From positions 256,001 to 320,000 of the forward strand of contig CAWIIQ010000003.1 in the NCBI GenBank assembly GCA_963836185.1: a stretch of 64,000 nucleotides of DNA. The letters are read 5' to 3'. Below are positions 21,315-31,735 of this stretch, piece by piece. Each line of letters begins with the position of its first letter. The first letter of the stretch is position 1. The notes beneath the pieces are model-generated. The model searched no databases, was not told the origin of the DNA, and saw nothing but the letters and a program-made list of their open reading frames with translations. Source of the DNA: Candidatus Krumholzibacteriia bacterium. Lineage in GTDB: Bacteria > Krumholzibacteriota > Krumholzibacteriia > Krumholzibacteriales > Krumholzibacteriaceae. The position numbers and the translations under genes were made by a program.

Positions 21315-22644
21315 TTATCTCCTGAACACGCTTCGTGCCCTGATCATCAGTTTCCATCCGGGAATCGAACCGGGGAGATTGTACAGGAAATGCCCGACCC
21401 TTTCCATAGTCGAGGGGTGTTTCAGCAGGAAGGGCATCCTCCGTCCATTTCTGCACCAGAATATCAGCCGGAACTTCCAGACCTGGAGAGTCCGGATCAT
21501 TCTGCTGATTTCCGCTCGGCGGCAGATCAAGATAGTCGAAAGCCGCCGGGATCATCATCCCCTTCTTTTCAAGCCAGACGATGCATTCCAGAGCCAGGAA
21601 GCATCTTGCTTTTGGCGATGTGACGGAGGGTCGACTTCTCGACCTGGGCGGGAGTCATATCTCTCGTCGAGATCCGTCCGGCCTGCCGGGCCGAATCAAG
21701 CATGTCGCGGCCCCTCGCTGTCCGGCAGACGATCACGTTCTCCCTGTCTCCTCCCGCGTGGATATCCCCCAGCGTTATATCGCTCAACCAGTTTCCACTG
21801 TCCGGGCAGAGAAAGCAGCGGTAGAGAGAGAAGAACGGGATCGCCAGATCGTAGTACCTGTAAAGAGGCTTCAGTGCTTCACTGCCGTCGGGACGCTCGA
21901 AGCGCAGGCCGCCGGGGTAGGGTCCGTACCTCCAGTGAGTGAGCCTGGCGCCGCCTGGATACTCAAGCCCGAGCGTTGACGCGACGAAGGTCAGGGCTTT
22001 GTAACTCTGGACGTATCCGCAGAAAAGACCGATGGAGATGACCTCGCTTTCCCGCAGTCTCGGGACATGCTCGGTGGCCTCGCGCCAGCCGGCGAGCTGG
22101 CAGGGGGTAAATGTCCCGGCGATCCGCCGCGGCTCCCTCATCAGTTCGGGGATCAGCCTGGTGAGAACCGGGACCGGTCCGTACTTGCTCCCTGCCGCTT
22201 TTCTGACTTCTTCGATATCATCCGTCAGCCTGACGAGCGGCAGATCATCCTTCATGCCGACCACGAGCACCGAGTCGATCCTTCCCGATTCGAGGAGGTG
22301 GATCAGCAGCGCGGTCGCAATGCCGCCCGAAGAAGATTCGGAACGGATGTCCGGATCTGTCTGAATGACCGGCCAGGCATTCGATGACTGGTCCGCGTTC
22401 TGGGTGAAAGAGGGCACCTTCGCAGCAGTTATTCCTGGACGGCACGGCGACCGCGTATCCTTTACCGGGGCATACATCGACGCATAATCCGCAGTCGGTG
22501 CACTTTGACTCGTCGATCACCGGCTCGTGTGACATCGTGATATCTATAATCAGGGCTCCCGCCGGGCATGACCCCGACGCAGGCGCCGCAGCCGCAGCAG
22601 AGTCCGCAGTCGATTACCGATCTTTGCAGGTCCATGCAGTTCAT
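21315..22644 (-). CDS. Coenzyme F420 hydrogenase/dehydrogenase beta-subunit (FrhB)-like protein with N-terminal 2[4Fe-4S] ferredoxin domain; several frameshifts
   Basis: CCGCGACVGV and CTDCGLCVDVCPG clusters; SSSGGIATALL, AAGSKY, TPCQ, IGLFC and CFLCPD...DITLGD motifs across ORFs 22462, 22245, 21569 and 21315. Confidence 0.8.
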
Positions 22645-24043
22645 CCGGACCCCCGCAGCCGGATAGCGAAGATCCCGGTATATCATTATCGGGGAGAACG
22701 CGAACCGTGCAGTGTCGCTATTCTTGGTATATAGATATATTCCCCAGCTTCGCGGCGGCCACCAGGAGATTATCCGGACGGTTTCAGGTGTATCCGTATA
22801 TGTAAAGCGCGAGGTTGTTATGCTGACGGATCTGCCGTACGGCCTTACCTCTATCCTGTCCGCCTCTTCGACCAGAAGTGTGAGGTATTCGAAGAGCTGC
22901 GCGTTCCAGTTTGTCGAAGCGGCGACATCCTCCCACACGGTCCCTCCGCCGTCGCGTCTCCTGTGTCCCGTATCGTTCCTGCCGATAAATCCCGGGTATG
23001 ATCCGTTGGCGTATACCCGGCTCAGTATCGACTCGATCGTGTCATAAGGAATCTCCCCGATCTCATACAGACCCGTCAAGCGCCATTCCGGCGCCGGCTA
23101 TGAACTGCGGGTTCTTCTCTACGCGCCCGGTCTTTGTCGTGTGATAGAAGAGGCGCGTGTCGGGGTCCCGCATGGCGAGGATATATTCGCTCTGCGCCCT
23201 TGCTATTTCGTCGAAACGCTCATCCTTCGTGATCGCGCCGAGGCAGAGGAAGCCTCCCAGCGACAGGCCCGTGTAGAGAGTGACATAATTATCGGGGTCC
23301 CGCTGCGATCCGGTAAACTGGTACGGCATCCCTCCGGGAGCCATCCATTCCGACCGGGGGTCCCCGGCGACTGTCGTACGGCCCTCGAGGATCGTATCGT
23401 TGTATTTATGTGACTGCTCCCAACGAGCCAGGAGCCATTCACCGATTCGAAGCATGATGTCATGATAGAGGGGATCATCGGTCAGCAGGTGAAGCAAGAG
23501 CAGCGCTTCGACAGCGACCATGTTGAAGTTGACGATGAACCGGTCCTCGCCGGGGCTGTAGAAATCGGTCCCGGACACCTTGAATGCGCCCTCGGACTCG
23601 ACCCACAGGGAATCGAGCCAGTAGTGCCGGACATGGTCGATGGCCAGGCGCAGGTATCTTCCTTTCCTTTTTTCGTCCAGGAGATCGTAGACCGACAGGA
23701 GGGCGCGGATCGCGAGAGCGCAGCTGACGAGCGACTGGAAACGGTCGTCCTCGTGTCCCGTATTTCTGATCCTGCCCGTCTCCGGATCGTACCGGCTCAC
23801 GAGCAGGTCGGCCGCCTCTGTCATTGCCTTGAGCCATCGCGGGTCCCCGCCTCTACGGTAAAGGTTGGCGTATCCGCGGATCATCGCCGACTGGGTCCAC
23901 GCAGTGTCATGGACCCGCCCCATCCGTTTTGTCTCGGTGCGATGCACGACAAAGCCGTTGTAGGCCCCGCTTTCGTCCCGCCAGGTCTCCAGCCAGCCGA
24001 TAAGGCCTCCAAGAGCGCCGCGTATCGTTTCCTGGTCAATCAT
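22641..24043 (-). CDS. Hypothetical protein, probable (alpha/alpha)6 toroid (six-hairpin glycosidase / AGE epimerase-like); frameshift near 23070
   Basis: Helical repeats (WTQSAMIRGYANLY...WLKAMTEAADLL; NFNMVAVEALLLL...IGEWLL). Start ATG at 24043 overlaps the upstream stop; probable ATGA overlap with the FrhB-like start. Confidence 0.55.
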
Positions 24044-26024
24044 CGTCTTCCATTTCCATTCCGCAGGAGATCGCGCCGACGACATCCATAACCATGGCTG
24101 CCTGCGCCGCTCCCGTTTCGGGATCTTTGCCGCGTTCGATACAATCGGCGAACTCGATGAACTGATCCACGCTTCCCGCTCTGCCTCGCGGACTAACGCT
24201 TTCCGGCCTTGAACCTTTGCGCTCGATACGCACAATCTTTCCGTCCGAAGTCAGTTTCCCGTCATCGAACTGGATCTCAATACGCAGATATTTCGGGGAC
24301 GAGAAGCTGGTCGACACGGCGGCATGGATATCGTTTTGAAAAGTCATCATAACGCAGCCCCACTCGAGGCCGCTCGAGACTGCCGGTATATTTTCCGACC
24401 AGCTTTCAGTATCGAGAGGGGGACCGAAGAGGTATATAAGCACATCGATGATATGCGCGCCGAGCTGCTCCATGCTTCCGCCGGGACATGACCCGGCGTC
24501 ACGCCGCCAGTCATCACGGGCGCGGCGGTCCAGGGTGTAGACTGCCTGGGCGTTGAGCGGCCGTCCCAGGGAACCGCCTTCCACGATACGCTTTATCTCG
24601 CGAAAGACAGGCTCGCGGCGCATCTGGTGACCGACCTGAAGGATGACCCCTCTTGTACCGCAGTACGCTCCGAGCTCCCGGCAGACCTCCGCGTAGACGG
24701 CCAGCGGCTTTTCCATGAAGATGTGTTTTCCCGAATCGGCAGCGGCCCTCACCACCTCGGCGTGAAACTGGTTCGGGATGGTCGCGGCAATCGCCCGTAT
24801 ATCCGGATCTTCCAGCATCTCTTCGATCCTGTCGTAGCGGTTCGTCCCGTACCTGCCGGCAAACCGTTCTGCTGCCTGTGAACGCTGGTCGAAGACGCCG
24901 ATGATATTGAACCGCCTGCTCCGCATAATATTGGCAGCGTTCGTAGAGCCCCATCCGCCTACTCCGATCAGGCCGATCCCTGTCGGACCGCGGTCAGCCT
25001 TCAGGGTAAGCCTGTTATACGCCACCCTTAACAGTTCCGCCGGTGTGACCCGTTTCTTCTTTGCCGTCTTTGTGCTCCCGGGCTTTGTTGCCGACATGCT
25101 CTCTTCCAGGCCCTCCTCCAGGCCGATGGCAGGCGTCCATCCGGTCCGGGACCGCAGCTTTTCCGTACTGTAGAGCAGGCGCCGTGTCTGGAAATAGTAT
25201 TCCGCCCTGATGAGTTTACAGGAGACCTCGGCCCTTCTGCCGAACACTATCCGGGCGATGCTTCGAACTGTCCACATCAGCCAGAACCCGAGCCTGCCGA
25301 TTCGGCGGGGCGCTTTCCGGATAATGCCGAGCTTCATCTTGAGAGTGTAAAGGTCCCTCAGTGCCGGTTGCTCATCGTCGACTACGAGGAAGACACCCTT
25401 TTCCTCCCGGCCGGCCGTTCCGACGAGAGCGTTCGCGAAGCTGTCGATATGGACGAGGGGGATCCGCTGTCCGGGATCTACAACCGGGGGGCTTGAAGAG
25501 GAAAGAGATTTCCTTCCGTAGATCAATCCGGGGCGCAGTATCAAGAGGCGGACAGGGCCGTTCTCCGCACGCTCCTGAAGCGCCTTCTCCGCGGCGAGCT
25601 TGCTTCGTCCGTAGAGATCCCCTTCGGCATGGCATGGCGGGGACGATTCATCGAGAGGGGCGCTCGAGGGCCTCGGCATGTATCCCGTCGAGGCGACGCT
25701 GCTCACATATACGAAGCAGCCCGCTCCCCCCGCCGAAGCCTGGTCGAAGAGGGAAAGGGACCAGTCCCTGTTTATCTTGAGGTAGGAGTCGAGAGAGCCG
25801 CTGTTCCCGACCATTCCGGCGCAGTGCACGAGGATCTCTCCGCCTGACAGTATCGAGGGGAGGTCGTCGTATGTGCCGCAGTCTATCCCCGCTTCCGTGA
25901 GCCGGGCCAGGGATCTGCCGGCGCGGGCCAGCCCCGTCACACTTTCGCCCCGTTCATGCAGTATTCCGCACAGCTGCCCGCCGAGATAGCCGTTCGCTCC
26001 AGTTATGATCCATCGTCTGCTCAT
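24036..26024 (-). CDS. NAD-dependent epimerase/dehydratase (extended SDR) fused to a Gfo/Idh/MocA oxidoreductase
   Basis: N-terminal TGANGYLG...VSS...YGRSK; C-terminal GLIGVGGWG...EKP...GHQMR...GGSMEQLGAH; single open frame; ATGA overlap at 26021-26024. Confidence 0.8.
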   Translation of the reverse strand: MSRRWIITGANGYLGGQLCGILHERGESVTGLARAGRSLARLTEAGIDCGTYDDLPSILSGGEILVHCAGMVGNSGSLDSYLKINRDWSLSLFDQASAGGAGCFVYVSSVASTGYMPRPSSAPLDESSPPCHAEGDLYGRSKLAAEKALQERAENGPVRLLILRPGLIYGRKSLSSSSPPVVDPGQRIPLVHIDSFANALVGTAGREEKGVFLVVDDEQPALRDLYTLKMKLGIIRKAPRRIGRLGFWLMWTVRSIARIVFGRRAEVSCKLIRAEYYFQTRRLLYSTEKLRSRTGWTPAIGLEEGLEESMSATKPGSTKTAKKKRVTPAELLRVAYNRLTLKADRGPTGIGLIGVGGWGSTNAANIMRSRRFNIIGVFDQRSQAAERFAGRYGTNRYDRIEEMLEDPDIRAIAATIPNQFHAEVVRAAADSGKHIFMEKPLAVYAEVCRELGAYCGTRGVILQVGHQMRREPVFREIKRIVEGGSLGRPLNAQAVYTLDRRARDDWRRDAGSCPGGSMEQLGAHIIDVLIYLFGPPLDTESWSENIPAVSSGLEWGCVMMTFQNDIHAAVSTSFSSPKYLRIEIQFDDGKLTSDGKIVRIERKGSRPESVSPRGRAGSVDQFIEFADCIERGKDPETGAAQAAMVMDVVGAISCGMEMEDDD

Positions 26025-27217
26025 GAATCCTTCGAAAGGCCCAGCGCTTCGGAGACAAAGCGCTTCCACGAGAATCTGTCGACAGCATATTCGCGGCAGT
26101 GCCGTGACATCTTCGCGTAGCCGTCGTCATCGAGAGAAAGAATGGAATCGATACCTTCAGCGAGGGCTCCGGCGCTGACATCCCTGACCACCGTTCCTGT
26201 CTCTCCGTTCTGGATGATCTCACTTGTCGCTGTCAGCACACGGCGTCCGTCACCGCCGAACCCGACAGCCGGCGTTCCCGAGGCGAGGGACTCCAGATAT
26301 ACCTGGCCGAACGATTCGATAGTCGTAGGGAGGACGCAGACTCGGCTCATAGCGTAGAAACCGGGAAGCATCTCCTCGTGGGTCCCGGCGAATACGGCCC
26401 TGTCGGACATGCCGATCCTGCGCGCGTATGATTCAAGTCGATCCTTGTCCCGCCCGCTTCCTGCCAGGACAAGCTTCGCCTTGTTGCCCAGAGCCAAGAC
26501 GGCGTCCATCAGCATAGGAATATGCTTGGCGCTTGAGAGCCGGCCGACATAGAGGACAAGCGGCTCGGAACGGCTGAGTCCGTAGTCATCTTCTATCGTT
26601 TTGAAATAACGTTCGCCATTTTCAGGAGAGAAGATCCCGCTGTCCACTCCGGGGCGGATCAACCGGCCCCTGCCGCCGAGCTGCTTCCGCAAGTTTTCGC
26701 TGAAGACTACAGGGGTGCACAGATCGAGAAGCTCCCTTTCGATCCGGGAGGAGACGATAAAGGCGGAGGGCCAGAGGCCGAGAAGCATCAGCCGCCGGCG
26801 TACCGGCAGCCCTCTGGTCATCAGAAAACTTCCCCGGCAGTTCATTCTCGCCGTTGTCGGGAAGATCTGAAGGAGGGGCCCGTCATAACCACCTCTTCGG
26901 AGCCCGAGGCCGACCGAGGCGTTCCGGCACCAGACCGCGTCGGGCCGGAAATCGCCAAGCACTGCCGGGATCCCCTCCCGCGCCGCTTCGACACGATTTC
27001 GGTACTGACGGTGGGGCCATCTCGAGCTCTCGCAGGGATGACGGACTATCGTGATCCCTTCATGGTCCATCCGGAGCGGTTCAGCGGGGAGGAACTGAAG
27101 GCAGAATATCCTGACTTCATGGCCCTGCGAGACAAGCTCCCGCCCGATATAACGCAGCGAGTTCTCGACGCCGCCGATATATGGATACGCTGTCGTATTT
27201 GCTAGCAGTATTCGCAT
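26021..27217 (-). CDS. GT4 glycosyltransferase
   Basis: YPYIGGVE; VGRLSSAKH; ESFGQVYLESLASGTP. Confidence 0.9.
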   Translation of the reverse strand: MRILLANTTAYPYIGGVENSLRYIGRELVSQGHEVRIFCLQFLPAEPLRMDHEGITIVRHPCESSRWPHRQYRNRVEAAREGIPAVLGDFRPDAVWCRNASVGLGLRRGGYDGPLLQIFPTTARMNCRGSFLMTRGLPVRRRLMLLGLWPSAFIVSSRIERELLDLCTPVVFSENLRKQLGGRGRLIRPGVDSGIFSPENGERYFKTIEDDYGLSRSEPLVLYVGRLSSAKHIPMLMDAVLALGNKAKLVLAGSGRDKDRLESYARRIGMSDRAVFAGTHEEMLPGFYAMSRVCVLPTTIESFGQVYLESLASGTPAVGFGGDGRRVLTATSEIIQNGETGTVVRDVSAGALAEGIDSILSLDDDGYAKMSRHCREYAVDRFSWKRFVSEALGLSKDS

Positions 27218-27372
27218 GGCAGAACCTGAACTCGTTGGAAATTAAATAATTCGGCATTCAGCGGTTCCATGATAAGTAAACGGTATATTCCTATCAATGG
27301 AAAACGGGATAGGTGATAATAGAAAAGTCCCGGTCCCGAACGATCCCATTTTCACGCATACAGAGGCTCATT

Positions 27373-29064
27373 ATGAGACCTGGTCGGAAGATATCACTGA
27401 TACTCCTGCTCTTTTTCCCGGGTGCCGTAACAGCGGCTGCTGTCTGCGCCCAGACGGCACCGGTATTGCCGCACAGGTGGGTCTTCTCGTCCGGGTACGG
27501 ACGGACCCGCGATGACGTGACAGAGATAAAGGCTCTCATCGATACTGCTGCGGCCCACGGGCTCAACGGCATTGTCCTGTCTTCCTTCGGCCTCGATGAA
27601 CTCTCCCGTTGGCAGGATGAGGACATCGCTCTTCTCGAGGAAATTCGATCCCAGTGCTCGGAAAGGAATATCGAACTGATACCGATCGGTTTCTCGGCAG
27701 GGTATGGTGACGGCGCGCTGAGATACAATCGTGACTTCGCGGCGGCGTTACCCGTGACTTTCGACCTTGTGGCCGGCGGCGGCAAAGTGGTTCAGGTTCT
27801 CCGGGAAGGGAACCTGATCAGGAACGGGGGCCTGGAAAAACATCATGGAGATCGTTTCGACGACTTTCTCTTTCACGATCAGCCGGGAGAGGTGTCGTTT
27901 GTCGACAGGGAAGTCGCCTTCTCCGGAAGCGCATCCATTCGAATGGAGGACTTTCGGGCAAATGAGCATGGTCTCGCGCGCATCATGCAGGAGGTCGAGG
28001 TAAAACCGGGATGCTCGTACCGGTTTTCAGTGAGGATAAAAACGAGGGATGTCCACCCGGTTTCGGGAGTCAGGCTCCTTGTCCTCGACGACAAGGGGGC
28101 TACGCTGATGATCATGCCGACCGATGTCGCTCCCACTCAGGACTGGACAGAGTCCTCCGCCGAATTCACGAGTTATTCAGACAAGAAGATCCGCGTCTAC
28201 GCGGGGGTCTGGAGAGGGACATCGGGTACTATCTGGTTGGACGATCTCGATCTGCGGCAGGTCGGTTCTCTCTCCGGGATCGTTCGAAGAGACGGCACCC
28301 CGATAGAGCTCAGAAGCAGGGACAGGGAGATGACATTCATCGAAGGGACGGATTATATGCCGGTGGAGAATCTGCCGGACCTCGATCGCATCGAACTGAC
28401 CTCCGGCACGAGGATCAGGGAAGGTGAGAATCTGGCCCTGTCCTGCTACAGGATTCCCTTCGTCAATAAGGCCCGGAGCAGGCAGACAAGTCTCTGCATG
28501 TCTAACCCGGAATTATATATCTGGTGGGAAGCCCAGGCCCGAACCCTCTACGAGTTGACCGGATTCAAAAAATTCCTGTTGTCCATGGACGAGATCCGTA
28601 ACGGGGGAGGATGTGAACTGTGCAGGCAGAGCGGCAGGTCCATGGCTCAGATTCTGGGAGAATGCGTCACAAGGCAGTACGGGATATTGAAGGAGATCGA
28701 TCCAGAGATCGAAGTGTTCATCTGGTCAGACATGCTCGATCCCGGGCACAACGCTCACGATAACTACTATGGTGTCGTCGGGGACTTTACGGGGAGCTGG
28801 GAGTATGTGCCTGATGACCTGGTGATCGTGTGCTGGTATCACGAGAAAAGAGACAGCTCCCTCGAGTTCTTCTCGAAACGGGGGTTTCGGACTGTCGGCG
28901 CGGCGTACTATGACGCTGACGATCTTGTCAGTTCGGGCGAATGGCTCGTGTCGCTGCACTATACACCCGGCGCGGCGGGGATTATCTACACGTCATGGAG
29001 GAAACGATACGGCCTCCTTGCGGACTTCGGGGACATGGTCTCGGGAACGGACGTTAAGAGATAG
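27373..29064 (+). CDS. Secreted putative glycoside hydrolase (GH20-like TIM barrel) with inserted CBM4/9-like domain
   Basis: Signal peptide; NLIRNGGLE...QEVEVKPG...GTIWLDDL CBM-like module; SMDEIR (D-E dyad), WSDML and DLVIVCWY in the barrel. Confidence 0.55.
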   Translation: MRPGRKISLILLLFFPGAVTAAAVCAQTAPVLPHRWVFSSGYGRTRDDVTEIKALIDTAAAHGLNGIVLSSFGLDELSRWQDEDIALLEEIRSQCSERNIELIPIGFSAGYGDGALRYNRDFAAALPVTFDLVAGGGKVVQVLREGNLIRNGGLEKHHGDRFDDFLFHDQPGEVSFVDREVAFSGSASIRMEDFRANEHGLARIMQEVEVKPGCSYRFSVRIKTRDVHPVSGVRLLVLDDKGATLMIMPTDVAPTQDWTESSAEFTSYSDKKIRVYAGVWRGTSGTIWLDDLDLRQVGSLSGIVRRDGTPIELRSRDREMTFIEGTDYMPVENLPDLDRIELTSGTRIREGENLALSCYRIPFVNKARSRQTSLCMSNPELYIWWEAQARTLYELTGFKKFLLSMDEIRNGGGCELCRQSGRSMAQILGECVTRQYGILKEIDPEIEVFIWSDMLDPGHNAHDNYYGVVGDFTGSWEYVPDDLVIVCWYHEKRDSSLEFFSKRGFRTVGAAYYDADDLVSSGEWLVSLHYTPGAAGIIYTSWRKRYGLLADFGDMVSGTDVKR

Positions 29065-29086
29065 CCTGGACCGGTCGTATAGTATC

Positions 29087-29117
29087 AAAAAGAGCCCGGG
29101 CCGCCGGCCCGGGCTCT
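29087..29117 (-). terminator. Terminator of the transketolase gene (possibly bidirectional)
   Basis: 12-bp stem AGAGCCCGGGCC/GGCCCGGGCTCT with an A-tract on the left side (U-tract on the minus strand). Confidence 0.75.
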
Positions 29118-29141
29118 CTGTCTGTCATGTCTCAAGGAGCC

Positions 29142-31493
29142 TTACTTCGCCGCCATAAACTCGGCGTAGTCCTTGACCGCTTTCCACTGTCCCTCTCCGT
29201 GGAGTTCGGCCTCCTCGAAGACCTTGTGGGCCTGGCCGCTTCCGAGGTAGTGGCCCTTGCGGAAGGCGTGTACCGTCCTGCGTCGTCCCTCTTCCGAGGT
29301 GACCCAGCGCATCATCGTCGGAAGGGTGAGCCCGGTCATCCCCATCGCCTCGAGCGCGCACTCCTCGGGGAAGATCTTGCGCTGCTCCTCTACCGGCAGC
29401 ATGTCGAAGAGCTCGGCGCTCGCTACGTAGAAGATGTTCATGTTCAGGTCCGCCTCGATGATCCTCGGGAGGACCTCCTCGACGAAGGTGTTGGTGATGC
29501 CGCTGCCCTGGAGGACCAGTGTGCCGTGGTACGGCTTCTTCGTCCGGTCGGCCCTGCGCATCGCGTAGACGCCCTTCGCCGCGGCGGTTGCGGGCGGCAT
29601 GCCTAGAGCGGCACGGTCGAAGATCTTCTCGTTCGGACGTGTCACGAACGGAGCGATCACCGCCGGCCTCTTCTGCAGGGCCGTTATGAGCATCGGGTAC
29701 ATCTCCTGGGGATCCCACGGCGTCATTGTTACCATGATGCCCTGCGGGAAGTTCTCCTGGAGGAGCTGCAGCGCCTGCGGATCGGCATGGGTCGGTCCAT
29801 CCTCGCCAGTCTTGAGCCCGGCATGGGCGCAGACGAGAAGGAAAGGATGGAAGGGCTCGCCGCAGTAGTCGTGTTTCATCTGCTGGCCGATCCCGTGGAG
29901 CCGTGCGGTGATGTGCTGAAGCGCGGCGATGAAGGCTCCATACGATGAGCCCGCTCCGATGTGGCAGCCGTAGGTCGAGATGCCGGCCATGACGCCGCCT
30001 ATCGCATCCTCGCAGATACCGCCTATCGAGAGGAGCCTTGCTCCGGGATTCGATACGGCGTTGAAGAATCCCTCCGGGAACCCTTTCGCGGCAACGTTGA
30101 TCGATGTCGAGCCGATAAGGTCGGCTGAAGCGGCGAAGATGCCGCCATTTGATTTCTTGTTGAGGTAGTTGAGCGCCTCGCCAAGAGCGGCGCGCAGCGT
30201 CTGCGAACCGCCGACTTCGTAGGTCAGTTCATCAGGGATCTCGGTCGCCGAGACGGCGTCGGTATAGATGACCTCGATATCAGGCGCGCCGTCGCGTACC
30301 TTCCTGTCTGCCTTCGTGAGATCCTCGGCAGCTTCCTTGAGGCGGTCGCCGAAGTAGCCGGCCAGCTCGGTATTGGTTTCGAGGATCTTCCTGATTTCCA
30401 TCAGGTAATCGAAGAAGTTCCCCTCGATGCTCGTCGGCGTCTTGTCGGCGCACCACTCGGGGAACGATACTCCGAACCTCTCTTCGAGCGGCTTGAGGGT
30501 GTTGCGGAACTCCTCGGAGCAGAAGTCGTGGCCCGCGCCGTGCGACTTGCGTCCCTCGATCCCGTACTTCCAGCCCTTGACCGTGCGGTAGACGATCGCT
30601 GTCGGCTGCGTGTTGACGTTCTCCATCGCGTATTTCTGCGCGGCGAGGACCTGGGCGATGTCATGGCCGTCCTCGACTGTGATGACGTTCCAGTCGTGCA
30701 GGTGGCAGAACTCGGCGGGCGTCCACTGTACGTAATCGCCAGGCTCCGCTCCGTCGCGGCATACCTTGTCCGAATCTATAGACGACTGGTTCCAGTCGAT
30801 GTGCATCATGATGTTCCACATCTGTGCCGTAGCCGCTGCGGCCATCGCCTCGGCGACTCTGCCGGGTGTCATTCCGCCTTCGCCCTCGATGACGTGGAGG
30901 AAGGGCGAATCCTTGCCATACATGTCCATCGCGCCGAATCCGAGGCCGAAGCTCGTCGTGACGCCGACGCCCGAGGCGCCTGTCGAGAGCCTGACAAACG
31001 GGGTCAGCGGGGTCGGGTGCCCGTCGAGCGGCTTCGCGTTATACTTGGCGAAAAGGGGAGTCTCCTGTGTCGGATTGCGGCGGAAGCCGAGAAGATCCTC
31101 GAGCCGCAGCTGTTTCTCCGGTCCGGGGAGCATATCGGGATGCGATACGCGGAGGCACTCGTTCCTCAGCGCCCACATCGCGTAGAGGCCCATTGCCTTG
31201 TGGCCCGCGGCGTAAGAGATTATGTCGGCACACTTCGCCTCAGGCTCGTTCATGCGGTACTTCATCATCGAGAAGAGGACGCCCTCGACGATCTTGCCCG
31301 AAGAGATGCTGCCGCCGGGATGCCCCGACTTCGGAACGAAGTTGTACAGGATCCCGCACAGCGTCCTGTATATAAGATCGAAATCATCGTACATCTTCAC
31401 CTGGTCCGCGGGAATGCCTTTGGCCTCTTTGGGGCCGATCTCGGCATAGTATCCCCTGCGGGGGGCGAAATCGAATTTCTTGGTGGAAGACAA
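29142..31493 (-). CDS. Transketolase-like ThDP enzyme (divergent, 783 aa)
   Basis: SGHPGGSIS, AAGHK, DGHPT, STGASGVG, SADL and GEDGPTH motifs; AGGAGG RBS before TTG. Confidence 0.85.
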   Translation of the reverse strand: MSSTKKFDFAPRRGYYAEIGPKEAKGIPADQVKMYDDFDLIYRTLCGILYNFVPKSGHPGGSISSGKIVEGVLFSMMKYRMNEPEAKCADIISYAAGHKAMGLYAMWALRNECLRVSHPDMLPGPEKQLRLEDLLGFRRNPTQETPLFAKYNAKPLDGHPTPLTPFVRLSTGASGVGVTTSFGLGFGAMDMYGKDSPFLHVIEGEGGMTPGRVAEAMAAAATAQMWNIMMHIDWNQSSIDSDKVCRDGAEPGDYVQWTPAEFCHLHDWNVITVEDGHDIAQVLAAQKYAMENVNTQPTAIVYRTVKGWKYGIEGRKSHGAGHDFCSEEFRNTLKPLEERFGVSFPEWCADKTPTSIEGNFFDYLMEIRKILETNTELAGYFGDRLKEAAEDLTKADRKVRDGAPDIEVIYTDAVSATEIPDELTYEVGGSQTLRAALGEALNYLNKKSNGGIFAASADLIGSTSINVAAKGFPEGFFNAVSNPGARLLSIGGICEDAIGGVMAGISTYGCHIGAGSSYGAFIAALQHITARLHGIGQQMKHDYCGEPFHPFLLVCAHAGLKTGEDGPTHADPQALQLLQENFPQGIMVTMTPWDPQEMYPMLITALQKRPAVIAPFVTRPNEKIFDRAALGMPPATAAAKGVYAMRRADRTKKPYHGTLVLQGSGITNTFVEEVLPRIIEADLNMNIFYVASAELFDMLPVEEQRKIFPEECALEAMGMTGLTLPTMMRWVTSEEGRRRTVHAFRKGHYLGSGQAHKVFEEAELHGEGQWKAVKDYAEFMAAK

Positions 31494-31735
31494 GTGCGAG
31501 CCTCCTGTTCAGTGATTCTTCTCAGCCGGCTGCGGCGAAAAGCCTTGCCGGCACCGCATTGATTCAAATATAAACGGGAAATCAATATATATCATACGGC
31601 TCGGCGTTGTCAACCATGTCGCCCCCTGCAGGCGTATAAAACGCGGCCGTTGCAATCCGGTCCGAATCTCTTTATTCTGTAATGTGTTAAGCGCGGCGAG
31701 ATACGGCTCCCGCGTCACCTCCCGAGGAGATATAT

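Noticed and set aside
22462-23079. Apparent fusion of the toroid protein C-terminus to the FrhB ferredoxin domain
   Set aside because: An ATGA start/stop overlap at 22641-22644 and nearby indels explain it as two genes joined by a sequence error.
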